A stretch of DNA of 64,000 bases from Leucoraja ocellata. Lineage: Eukaryota. Each line of letters starts with the position of its first letter. The stretch's first letter is position 1. The position numbers were made by a program, and so were the translations under genes. Shown here one piece after another: positions 14,218-25,129 of the stretch. The stretch spans positions 248,001-312,000 of the forward strand of contig JAWMAR010000005.1 of NCBI GenBank assembly GCA_036785375.1, given 5' to 3'. The notes beneath the pieces were generated by a model, which ran no database searches, had not been told where the DNA came from, and was given only the letters and a program-made list of their open reading frames with translations.

Positions 14218-14297
14218 TGTACAGTCAGCAAGGGACATTATTGTGACCCAAGTTGATTTCTGCGCATTCACTAAACTCCGGCTACCATTCTGTTGAG

Positions 14298-14349
14298 ATG
14301 AGCGATAAATGTCTTTTTGGTGTGACTCTCTCCATCTGTTTGGTGGTGG
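14298..14349 (+). CDS. VJ-ITAM receptor gene 1, exon 1: signal peptide (MSDKCLFGVTLSICLVV-G)
   Basis: ATG, hydrophobic core, phase-1 donor G|gtaagt in frame with the V exon, giving ...LVVGVKA-SMALIQSP; homologous to the gene 2 leader. Confidence 0.85.
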
Positions 14350-15535
14350 GTAAGTACCAGTGTGTTTGGGTACTGTTGGAAGTTCTATTACAGAACCTGG
14401 CATAGGATGAGATGTGGTGTGAGTCTGACATTTAGTTTAGTTTAGTTTAGTTTAAAGATACAGCACAGAGATAGGCGGTGCAACCCACTGACTCCGAGCC
14501 GACCCCCGATCCCCGTACACTAGTTACATCCTAAACACAAGGGCCAATTTACAATTTTTATTGAAGCCAATTAACCTACAAACCTGTAAGACTTTGGAGT
14601 GTGGGAGGAATCTTGAGCACTCGGGAAAAACCCATGTGGTCATGGGGAGAACGTACCAACTCTGTACAGACAGCTCCCAAAGTCAGGATTGAGTGTGAAT
14701 TCTACAATTGTAGCATTTGTTATGGAACGCAAGTACTCCAAGAATGAAGTTACATGGTGAGTGCATCATGCTCCTTATATACCCTGAAGACATTGAACTG
14801 TAGAGCACAGGAACAGGTATGTAGCCCATGATGTCTACCGATCATAATGGCAATCTAAATGAATCCCATCTGCCTGCATAGGATCCCTCTTTTCCCAGCC
14901 TGATCATTTATCATTCTAAATGTTTTTTAAACTTTAGTCATATCTCCTGCAAAACTTCCTCTAAACATCCCCCCTCTCACCTTAGAGCTGCATCATCTAG
15001 TATTTGACTTTCCCACCCTGGGAAAAATATTCTGACTGCCTACCCTATATATGTTTCTCATAATTTTATACATTTTTAATCAGGTTTCCCCACAGTCTCC
15101 AACTCTCCAGGGAAAGCAATCCAACTTTGTCTAAACTCCCCTTATAACCATATAACCATGTAACCATATAACAATTACAGCACGGAAACAGGCCATCTCG
15201 GCCCTTCTAGTCCGTGCCGAATACTTATTCTCCCCTAGTCCCATCTACCTGCATTCAGACCACAACCCTCCATTCCTTTCCCGTCCATATAACTATCCAA
15301 TTTATTTTTAAATGATAAAATCGAACCTGCCTCCACCACTTTCACTCGAAGCTCATTCCACACAGCTATCACTCTCTGAGTAAAGAAGTTCCCCCTCATG
15401 TTACCCCTAAACTTCTGTCTAAACTAGCTTTAAATAATCTTCTGTACCCTCTTAAAGCCTCCACAACCTTACTGTAATGGGCTGTTCAGCACTCTACAAT
15501 GCACTCCAAATGTGGACCATTTAATTGTAGCATTT

Positions 15536-15819
15536 TTTTTTTTAAATTAAAAAAATAAATATTTTTATTAGAAACAATGTACAATAATATAAAGCATGAA
15601 TAACATAATACATTTCATGTACAACTTCTTGTTTTAAATTTAGTAGTAAAAAAAAGTAACAAAAGCAAGAAAAAGAGAGAAAAGGAATGTTAAATAAAAT
15701 AGTGATATTGACAGTTTATAAAAAAAATAGAGAGAAAGAGCCCATAAAGATGTAAAGCCCGAGAGAAAAAAACAAAAGGGAGAGATGAAACAAAAAAAAA
15801 GGATAGAGAAAAAAAAAAA
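15536..15819 (-). mobile_element. Poly(A)-tailed retroposon 3' fragment in gene 1 intron 1
   Basis: 15-bp TSD TTAATTGTAGCATTT at 15521-15535 and 15820-15834; T-run at the left end. Confidence 0.65.
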
Positions 15820-16306
15820 TTAATTGTAGCATTTATGAGACTTTTAGATAGGCACATGGATATGCAGAGGGAGGAGGGATATGAATGATGTGCATGTAGA
15901 GGAGATTAGTTTACTGCGGCATCATGCTTGGTGCAGACATTATGGGCAGAAGGGCATGTTCCTGTACTGTATTATTCTGTTCTATATTCTAATATTAACC
16001 ATGTATCATCCAAATTGTTAATGTAGATAACAAACAACAGTGAACTCAGCACTGACCCCCACAACACTCCACTGGTCACAGACTCCCAATAAGGAAAACA
16101 ACTCTAAACATATACACTTTGATTTCTTCCTCCAAGTCAAGTTTGAATCCAATTGTTTCATGCCCATTCCAGCCTCCTGTTCACCCCATTAATGCATCCG
16201 TTCGATTAGTTCACCACCCGTCTCACTCTGCCTCAGTCCAGTTTGGCACTGTCATTATATCCACTGGGCTCTGCTCCCTCTGACATTCACTCACTTTTAC
16301 CCACAG

Positions 16307-16669
16307 GTGTAAAGGCAAGCATGGCCCTGATACAATCCCCAGAAGCTCTGTTGGTGCATGAAGGTGAAAGGGTGGAAATCCGGTGTGCCCTGGAGAGCAG
16401 CAATGTGAACTACACTGTGGAGAAGTACCAGGGACACTGGTACAACTCACACAATCATTTGACATTGGATGGAATAATCCTCACCCTGTACCCTGATGGT
16501 AGAGTTTACAGGTCACGGGGCTATTCTGAGCGATTTCAACTTTCCAGGAACATCACCAGTAACAGCTATTTTCTGACCATCAGAGAGGTGAAGATCAATG
16601 ACTCTGATGATTACATCTGTGGCATTTGGGGGAACATCTTTGGAAAAGGAACCCAGCTAATTGTAACCA
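16307..16669 (+). CDS. Gene 1, exon 2: germline-joined VJ-type Ig V-set domain
   Basis: ccacag|GT ... ACC A|gtgagt, 363 nt, phase 1-1; IQSP, B-strand Cys, C-strand Trp, RF, LTI, DSDDYIC and J motif FGKGTQLIVT all in one exon. Confidence 0.93.
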
Positions 16670-17102
16670 GTGAGTACTTTATGTTGCCTCTATTTCCACA
16701 AATGTTCCTTTGTTAACATTTCATAAGGAACCCTGATACAGTTTTTTAAGTTCCACAGAAACATTCATAATTAGAAATTTACTGAATCATTGAGTCATAT
16801 GCAGGCCTGTTGACCCAACTCGTTCACACCGAGCTAGATGCCCATATACCCGTACCTTTTGCCCACATTTGACCCATATCCCCATAAACGTCTGCTATCT
16901 ATGCAGCTGTCCAAATGTATTTTGTCTTGATATTGTACTTGCTTCTATTAAATATACACAAATCCCATTTGCCCTCCTTTGACCCATACCCCCATAAGCC
17001 TCTACAGTCTATGCATCTGTCCAAATTTATTTTTAGTTTTGCTGTTGTACTTGCCTCAATTACTTTCATATGACTGCCATCTCACTTTAAAGCTTGCCGA
17101 CC

Positions 17103-17232
17103 AGGGACGTCGCTAGTAACAGCTGCTCACTGACCACCACCATCAGACGGGTGGAGGTCAATGACTCTGCTAATTATATCTGTGACATTTAGGGGAAATT
17201 CATTGGATATGGTACCCGGCTGAATGTAACCA
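17103..17232 (+). pseudogene. Relic 3' third of another VJ exon (RDVASNSCSLTTTIRRVEVNDSANYICDI*GKFIGYGTRLNVT)
   Basis: Clear nucleotide similarity to both V1 exons; Trp codon changed to TAG (17190-17192); degraded donor gtattg; 5' part missing. Confidence 0.85.
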
Positions 17233-17250
17233 GTATTGGTTCTTTAAACC

Positions 17251-19338
17251 CCTTTTTCATGGGACGACTTGACGCAAGAGTTAACCAAAGTTGAACATCG
17301 TGGGAACCTCTTGCGATAACCGTACGGCATTCGTGGACCACCGTGGACCACCGTGGCGCTAACGGCACGTACTCGTGTAACTTGGTGACTCGGGAGAAAA
17401 TTCAAACAAGCTTGAATTTCTCCAAGAGTGACTTGTACACTTGTGGTTGAATATTGCAACATTATATGCACGTAGTGGCCAGTGCGATATCCGTACTGAC
17501 TCTTGCGTGTACCGTGGGAACTCCTGCGAACGGTGAACCCGGAAGCTGGACAGAGGGGACAGAAGGTGAGTAAAAATTGTCTTCTGTGGGATTCAATTTA
17601 AAAAATAAAGATTTGCATCCGCATATGGACATCAACTTATTCATGAGTTATGTTAATGAGATTCAAGAAAATAACTATAATCTTTAAAAGGGACTTTACT
17701 GAAAGGTCCCGCATTTTTATGGTCCGTGAGAAATTTTTCACATGTGCTTCTTTGAGAGATACAGCTCGGAGTCCTCACCGACCAGCGATCGATGCCTTTC
17801 CGAAGCAGGGTCCGGAACGCTACCAATCAATGTTCTCCAGAGACCCGTGTAAAGGAGTGAACTGCACATGCTGGTTTAAAACGAAGACAGACACAAAAAG
17901 CTGGAGTAACTCAGCGAGTCAAGCAGCATCTCTGGAGAAAAATAGGTGATGTTTCGGGACGAGACACATCTTCAGACTCAATTCCGATTAGGATGTCTGA
18001 AGAAGGGTTCCGATTCGAATCGCCACCTATACTTTTTCTCCAGAGATGCTGCCTGACACGCTGACTTACTCCAGCTTTTTATGTTTTTCTTCCCAGATCT
18101 GACTTACCTGCTGAGTTACACCAACATTTTGTGTCCGTGTTCACTATGAACATTGAATTATTTAATTTTAGGTAACTTACACCCTCTCTCTCTCTCCCCC
18201 GCCCACCCCCTCCTGCCCCCCCCCCCCCCCCCCCCCATGCAGTAAATGTCGGTTAACCAGTCCAAGGTTTGCAACACTGGTTCCCTCTTGGGATCACACT
18301 ATCCCTAGCCAACAATTGGCATATCAGGGAACCAAATATAGACATAAAGTGCTGGAGTGACTCAGTGGGTCAGGCAGCATCTCTGGAGGAAAGGGTTAGG
18401 CGACATTTCGGGTCGGGATCCCTCTTCAAAATACCCTGCTGAGGTCATCTGTTGTTGGCCCTGATTTGTCCTGGTCTTTTCTTGCTTCCAGTTCCCCCCT
18501 ACAATCATCCCGAAGAAGGGTCCCGACCAAAAATGGAATCTATTCCTTTTCTCCAGAGATGCTGCTTGGCCCGCTGAGTTACTCCAGCATTTTGTGTCTA
18601 ACTTGCTGATTCAGACAGTTTTTGATTTACTCTGAAACACACGTTGGAAATTTAAACTTGGGCGCAACTAACATCGTCTTACCACCGTGGGAACTCTTTA
18701 ACTCAGCGGGAAGGCAGCAGTTAATTGTTGCTCCCTTCAGTTTCCCAGGGGGTCGGGACGGGACTGGAGTTGGGAGGGAAAGGTGGGGGAGTCGAGGGAG
18801 AGGAGGGGGAGACAGATGGGGGAGTCTTCATTTATTGGCGGCGGGTGTCTGTCACTGAAACAGGCAAGTGAGATTTCACATCCACCTTGTGTGTGCCTCT
18901 CTCTCTCTCCCTCCCTCCCTCTCACGCAGGCTGAGAGACTCTGCCTCTGTGAGTGTACGTCTATTTCTCCCCCTCTCCCACACACAGTAAAGAACGAGTA
19001 ACTCTGCTCACTCCATCTGTGTCTCCCACATACACAGTAAAACTCTGCTTTGTGTGTGTATATACCAATTCAACCAAGGGAGGATATTTATAGTGTGTGA
19101 AAAAAAAGTGATATCATTTGTGCCACGTGATGATTTAATTACACTTGACAGTTTACAATGTCATTCAAGATTTAACGGGAAAGCTTGGGAGACGGACAAG
19201 TCACTCGCACAAATAACAGAAATGCCGAGTACCGTGGGAACTCTTTGTCTACCCCCCCATTATATCGTGTGATATCGTGCTAGACCACGCCCACTTCACT
19301 CTGGCTACATCTTGCGTCAAGTCGCCCCGTGAAAAAGG
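17251..19338. mobile_element. Non-autonomous TIR DNA transposon with nested Penelope-end palindromes
   Basis: 29-bp TIRs at 17251-17279 and 19310-19338 (27/29 match); internal repeated ACCGTGGGAACTC; no clean TSD, superfamily uncertain. Confidence 0.8.
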
Positions 19339-20520
19339 CCTATTTGCCAAAAAGATATCGTGCGGAAACAGGCCCTTCGGCGTACCGAGTCTGCACCGAC
19401 CAGCAATCCCTACACATTAACTCTATCCTACACACACTAGGGACTTTTTACATTGATGCCAAGCTAATTATCTACAAACCTGTAGGTCTTTGGCGTATGG
19501 GAGCAAACCGAAGATCTCGGATGAAACCCACGCGGTCACGGGGAGAACGTACAAACTCCATACAGACAGCACCTGTATGCGGGATTGAACCCAGGTCTCT
19601 GGCACTGTAAGGCAGCAACTCTACCGCTGCTCCCCCGTGCCACCCATATGATTATATTTGATTCTATTTCTAGTTATGTTCCTGTATTAGCACCTCACAA
19701 TGAATGTGCCACCCTGTTATCAGTTCTAATGAGAGAGTCATTAGAAGAACAGAGGATGAAACATGAGCTAAGGTTCATTTATTTTTAACTAATTACCGCG
19801 CATAACTCCACTATGTCCTGAGATTTGGGGTAATTAAGGAGGGAGAATAAATGCTGCAATTGCCGGTGACGGCCACGTCCTGGGAACGGATAAATATATT
19901 CAAATACACAATATTCAGAAAAACTCTATTAATCCCTTATTCGACCTTTTAGCTCACCAGGTGATCTTTGCTGTGGTCCCCATCCACTCTCTGGCCCTTG
20001 GTTCCCCGGTTACCTTTAAATTTATCTCTTCTGCCTCCAGTGCTCACTTAATCACTTACCAGCTTAACTATATGTACGAAGGAACTACAAATGCTGGTTT
20101 ACTCCAAAGATAGACACAAAAAGCTGTAGTAACTCAATGGGTCAGGCAGCATCTCCAGTGAAAAAGAACAGGTGACGGTTCGGGTCGAGACCCTTGTTCA
20201 GACTGATAATCAGTGACGAGGGAAATGAGAGTTATAGAAGGTACATCGAACAAATGAATGAAAGATATGCAAAAAGCAACAATGATTATGGAAAGGTAGA
20301 GGTCACAATGGTCTATTGTTGGCTGTGGGGGAGCCGACAAAATCATTACTCTTTAACTTCTTTAGTTTGAAAGGGAATTGAAAATATATATGAGCATTAA
20401 CAAAGTGACCTCCAAGAGTCTGAAATATTTGCCAATCTATTTCCAACAAAACCCTGAGTGTGCCAGATTATTGGAGTTTTAATGTTTCAGATCCCAGCCT
20501 CACTCAGCAGGTCTAAACAA

Positions 20521-20807
20521 TCCCTTCCCACCGTCCAGGGACACAAATAGCCTTTCCAGGTTAAGCAGTGAATGACTTGCACTTTTTCCAAACGGATGTA
20601 CTGCATTTGGTGTTCTCCGCGTGGTCTCTTCCACACGGAGGAAATTAACACAGTTGACACAAAGTGCTTTAGTAACTCAGCGGGTCAGGCAGCATTTCTG
20701 GTGAAAAAAGATGGGTGACGTTTCAGGTCAGAACCGTTTTTCAGGCAATGTAACTGTGCAGCGTGTAAACATGGGTTCTAACCCGATACATCACCCATCC
20801 TTTTTAT
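20521..20807 (+). repeat. Intron block upstream of the gene 1 TM exon, duplicated at 63719-64000
   Basis: Near-collinear match, including the same old Penelope fragment and the same nested-insertion junction. Confidence 0.85.
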
Positions 20808-21435
20808 CCAGAGATGCTGCCTGACCCGCTGAGTAACTCCAGCACTTTGTGCCTGTCATCGGCTTAAACCAGCATCTGCAGTTCCTTTCTACACAGATGG
20901 AGTGAATGCTTTGTGGAGTATTTACACTCCATCTACAGGAGTGACCTTGAGCTTCCTGGTGTCACCACTCCACTGCTATCCTGACCTCTCTATGTGTCAC
21001 TTCTGCTCTGTTACAAAGGGACCCAATTGAAGCTTGCTCACATTTAATGATTTCTAAATTAATGCTTATTTGGTTCATTAGGAAGTATTCCAGTAATTGG
21101 CCAGGTAAACTCACTCGCTTTTGAACACTCGGTGCTCCCCTTCCTTCCTTTATTACAGTACATTTATATCAGAATGGTCAATGAAGGTTAAAGGAACAGG
21201 GTGCCTCTGGGGACTGTGTTTTATTCAGTGGCCATTTAGGTCAGCTGGTGGACTTGGGTTGAATAGCAATGTTAAATTCCTGTGTGTACCTTTTGCAGGA
21301 TTCCGGGGAATGAGTGGGTTAGGATCAGTGGACCACTCTTTCAAAGAACTGACACAGAACGATGGGCCAAGTGGATTTCTTATGCACTGACATTACTTTT
21401 CCCTGATGTTTTCCAATTATGTGATTTCTTTGCAG

Positions 21436-21570
21436 TTTCTCAAACAAAGGAGAATCAAGTTGTGATGACGTGCCTTCCCTGGATGATTCTGTCTTTGGTG
21501 CTGGGAGTTCTTGCTGTTACTGAAGCCATTTGCCTCATCAGATGCAGAGCTTCGGGAAGCCACCAATCCT
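21436..21570 (+). CDS. Gene 1, exon 3: short stalk and transmembrane helix (ISQTKENQVVMTCLPWMILSLVLGVLAVTEAICLIRCRASGSHQS)
   Basis: tttgcag|TT ... T|gtatgt, 135 nt, phase 1-1; about 22 hydrophobic residues followed by the RCR stop-transfer. Confidence 0.88.
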
Positions 21571-21735
21571 GTATGTGTAACTAAATCATTCAGTCTGAAC
21601 TGATTGCTGTGTGGTTAGTGAAATGGGAATGGCAGGTTCCGATTGTCAAAAAGCCGTCATTATACTATTGGACAGCAAAGTGGGATTCACAGCTCCGAGG
21701 CTGCTAATTGTGAGACCTTGTTCTCTATTTCACAG

Positions 21736-21809
21736 CCCAGTCTGGAGCGGATGATGATCAGACCCCAGGAGCAGATTATGAAAACAATTCCGTGGCAAGA
21801 AATGTCCCG
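21736..21809 (+). CDS. Gene 1, exon 4: cytoplasmic (SQSGADDDQTPGADYENNSVARNVP) with a YxN motif
   Basis: tttcacag|CC ... CCG|gtgagt; phase 1-0; open frame. Confidence 0.85.
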
Positions 21810-22299
21810 GTGAGTTCTGATGGTTTTCTGGGATAAGCAGACCTGTGCTGGGATCCGTCTCCCTTATGGTGTGATATTAGCTTCCCATCAGGTATTTACT
21901 CCACTGGCTTTGTGGATCATTGAGTGTTTTGTTAATCATTGAGCGTTTTGATCATCATCGCAATGTCTTTATGATTTGTAAATGTACATGGTGCATCTAT
22001 CAATGGAGAGTGGGACATGCACTGCTCATGAGCAGGCTTGTGAGAACACACTACCAGGTCTAACAATCCACTGAAGGTTCAGCTTCAGCTGTTTAACCTG
22101 AGAGGAGATCAACCTCTGGATCTCTCCTGCTTTTGTCTGCTCAGAACCATCCTTTCTGGCCAAACATTTGGCCATCAGCTCCACCATTAGCACAACTACT
22201 TCAACTGTTGTCTGATAATGTCCATTTCAAACTAATTGCAGTGTTTAACCACAGTAAAGGCAGGTTCTTGATTAATGGGGTTTCAGAATCCTTTGTAAT

Positions 22300-22702
22300 C
22301 GCTAGAAGATTGAGGGGGGATCTTATAGAAACTTACAAAATTCTTAAGTGGTTGGACAGGCTAGATGCAGGAAATTTGTTCCTGATGTTGGGGAAGTCCA
22401 GAACAAGGGGTCACAGTTTAAGGATAAGGGGGAAGTCTTTTGGGATCGAGATGAGAAAAACCTTTTTCACACAGAGAGTGGTGAATCGGTGGAATTCTCT
22501 GCCACAGAAAGTAGTTGAGGCCAGTTCATTGGCTATATTTAAGAGGGAGTTAGATGTGGCCCCTGTGGCTAAAGGGATCAAGGGGTATGGAGAGAAGGCA
22601 GATACAGGATACTGAGTTGGATGATCAGCCATGATCACATTGAATGGTGGTGCAGGCTCGAAGGGCCGAATGGCCTACTCCTGCACCTATTTTCTATGTT
22701 TC
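22300..22702 (+). mobile_element. CR1 LINE 3' end in gene 1 intron 4; similar 3' ends near 6560-6790, 12850-13200, 33690-34020 (-), 46780-47275
   Basis: RRLRGDLIETYKIL..SRTRGHSL..FFTQRVVN.WNSLP. Confidence 0.9.
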
Positions 22703-23346
22703 AAAAATCTCTCCCCATGATTTTGATGATAATCATTCTTAATACTTCATCTCCGCTGAAACTGCTGACTCCTGCGTGACATGGAGTGTGTGTGGTGTGT
22801 GTGTGTGTGCTTGTTGATTCCATTTCCATGGAGTGTGTGTCCCAGATTAGAGATTGCTGTCGTTTCAGTGTGCGGAAACATTATATTTTTCTTATGAGTG
22901 TAGTTCCAGCATCTCCCATCTTCGCACGGAAAATATTCAGTACTTGCTCTCCTGAACAATGAAGGGAGCTGCCAGGAATCCTGCTACAACCTTTCAGACC
23001 CTCTGCTCCGATTTATTTCCTCTCTCCCTTCAGTTGCCCGACCACAGACTGACTAGGAGTTTCAGAGATGGAGAAACAAAGTCTGTTCTCAGGCTGCACA
23101 ACACCCCCTGCCAATGGGGTTTGTGTGAAGTGCCTAGTATTCTGTTCCTTTCATCTTCCTGATCCTCTGTCAATTATTTCCAGTGACTGCAATCTTTTGC
23201 TTAACTTGACAATAACCTCCACTTCCTTCTGTGCACTTAACACCTGACTTTGTAGTTTTCAATAACACGAGTGGCCATGGTAACTGCAGTGAATTCTGAA
23301 GCCAGCTTTTTGACCAAAGTAACTGTTTGATTGTGTTGTGTTGTAG

Positions 23347-23388
23347 AATTCAGGAGATCACCAGGCAGATCCAAACGCCATCTACATG
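23347..23388 (+). CDS. Gene 1, exon 5: cytoplasmic, first ITAM tyrosine (NSGDHQADPNAIYM)
   Basis: gttgtag|AAT ... ATG|gtaaga; 42 nt, phase 0-0. Confidence 0.82.
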
Positions 23389-23478
23389 GTAAGAAAAGTC
23401 ACATTTAAGACGTTGAAGCGTTTCGATGAGCACGAGTTGCCAAGCTGCTGTTTCCAACATTTCTTTGTTTTCTGCTAG

Positions 23479-23535
23479 GATTTGCAAAGACCCACTCAGT
23501 CCGTCTACGGTCATCTCCGAGGTACGTTCCAGTAA
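23479..23535 (+). CDS. Gene 1, exon 6: rest of the ITAM (DLQRPTQSVYGHLR-GTFQ*); may instead splice after 23521 to a terminal exon
   Basis: ttttctgctag|GAT; completes YMDL-QRPTQSV-YGHL; in-frame TAA at 23533-23535; alternative donor G|gtacgt after 23521. Confidence 0.82.
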   Translation, partial: DLQRPTQSVYGHLRGTFQ

Positions 23536-24249
23536 CTGTTGACAATGGCGCATCTGCACCATGTGATAACTGTCAACTGCTGCAGAATGGTTGAGGATTC
23601 AGACAGGAATGACAAGCGTGGAGTTGGGCCGACAGGAATTCAGTCTGACTACATGTTTGGTTCAGAGAGTAAATTAACACCCATCACCGAGTCGGCTTTG
23701 AACACACATCCTTGCAATCCTGGTAACACCGAGGTGAGAAGTGAGAAGTTTTTGAGGGACCTTTAGAGGCAACTTTTTCATGCAGACAGTAGTCCATTTC
23801 CCAAAGGAGTTGCCTGAGAAAGCTACAGAATCCGATACAATTACAACTTTCAAAGAACATTTGGACAGATATTTGAATAGAAAGGGTCAAGAGGGCCAAA
23901 TACAGGTAAGTGGAATTAGCCCAGAATGACAACTTGATTAACACGGACAAGGTGGGCTTAAGGGCCTGTTTCCATGCTATATAGCTCTGTGACCAGGCCT
24001 TTAAGATCCCATGGGGTTCAAAGTTATTCGAGAACAGAGATACATACCTGTGTTTAGACACTCAACGGAACAGTTCGGGCAATGACTGGAACTGATTTGA
24101 ACTCATGCATTGAAGCACAGAAAGTGCTGTATTATCACAAGGGGTCAGGCAACATCTCTGGACAACATGAACACATGACCCTTCAAACTCATGCATTCTT
24201 CACCATTTTGCTTTGTGTAACTGGTTTATGTTTAATTTTCTTTAAACAG

Positions 24250-24260
24250 GCAGCAAATAA
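24250..24260 (+). CDS. Gene 1, candidate terminal exon 7 (G-S-K-stop), followed by a unique-sequence 3' UTR
   Basis: Strong acceptor ttaattttctttaaacag; phase matches the 23521 donor; AATAAA downstream. Confidence 0.5.
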
Positions 24261-24690
24261 GTGTCCCACAGCTGAATTGTCTCGGCATCCTGTTTAATTG
24301 AAGGAAGATTGGATGATATCTGCACAGGCAGACACGTCGGACATGTAAAGATATAAGGCCAGAGGTTCCATTTGCTTTGTGTTTGACACAAGAAATGTTT
24401 ATTATAAGGAACTTTTGGGATATGTGCATCAAGAAAAAACATCCCTTTCCACACCATTGATAAAAGTATAGGGAAAATAAGTGACATCTACATTGAAGCT
24501 GGTTGATTGGATGCCATGTATCAGCTAGTTAGTTGCTTACCAATGTATGATACGAATTTAAAGACTATCAAGTATATGGAGACTTTCCAATGGTTGTATA
24601 GACTTCCGCAAGTTATTGTTTACTGCTTTAAAATATTGCATTGATTGTTCAAATTGTTCAACTGCCTGTATATAGATGTTGCTGCTTTCT

Positions 24691-24696
24691 AATAAA
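24691..24696 (+). terminator. Candidate polyadenylation signal for gene 1
   Basis: AATAAA at the end of a non-repetitive AT-rich block, just before CR1 debris resumes. Confidence 0.5.
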
Positions 24697-25129
24697 CATG
24701 CAGCTTAAACTGTGAAGCTATGTTTGAGATAATAGGAGAGGGCTGAGTGAAATGTTGCATTGTGGTCTCTCTTAAATATCGTCCCTCTCACCTTAAGCCA
24801 ATGTCCTCCAGTTTTACAATCTGTACCATGGGGAAATAAACTGTGTGTTCACTTTATCCGTGCCTCCTGTCATTTTACATACTTCAGAAAGATCACCCTT
24901 CAGCTTCCTATGCTCCAAAGGAAAAAGGTCGCAGACAATCCAGCTTCACTTTATAACTTAGGCCTGCAAGGATCAGTAAAATCCTGGTGAAACTTCTGCA
25001 CATTCTCCAACGTAGTGACATCTTTCCAATAACTAGCGACTGAAACTGCACACAGTATTCCAAGTGTGGTCTCACCAATAACTTGTGCAGAAATATCATG
25101 ATGCCCCAATTTTGGTATATGCTCAAGAG

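Noticed and set aside
14744-14756. Short ATG AAG TTA CAT G|gtgagt as a gene 1 leader
   Set aside because: Too short for a signal peptide; the 14298 exon fits far better
16413-16419. CACTGTG heptamer in CDR1 of both V1 exons (also 55209-55215)
   Set aside because: No GGTTTTTGT-like nonamer at a 12 or 23 bp spacing; follows from conserved Thr-Val codons
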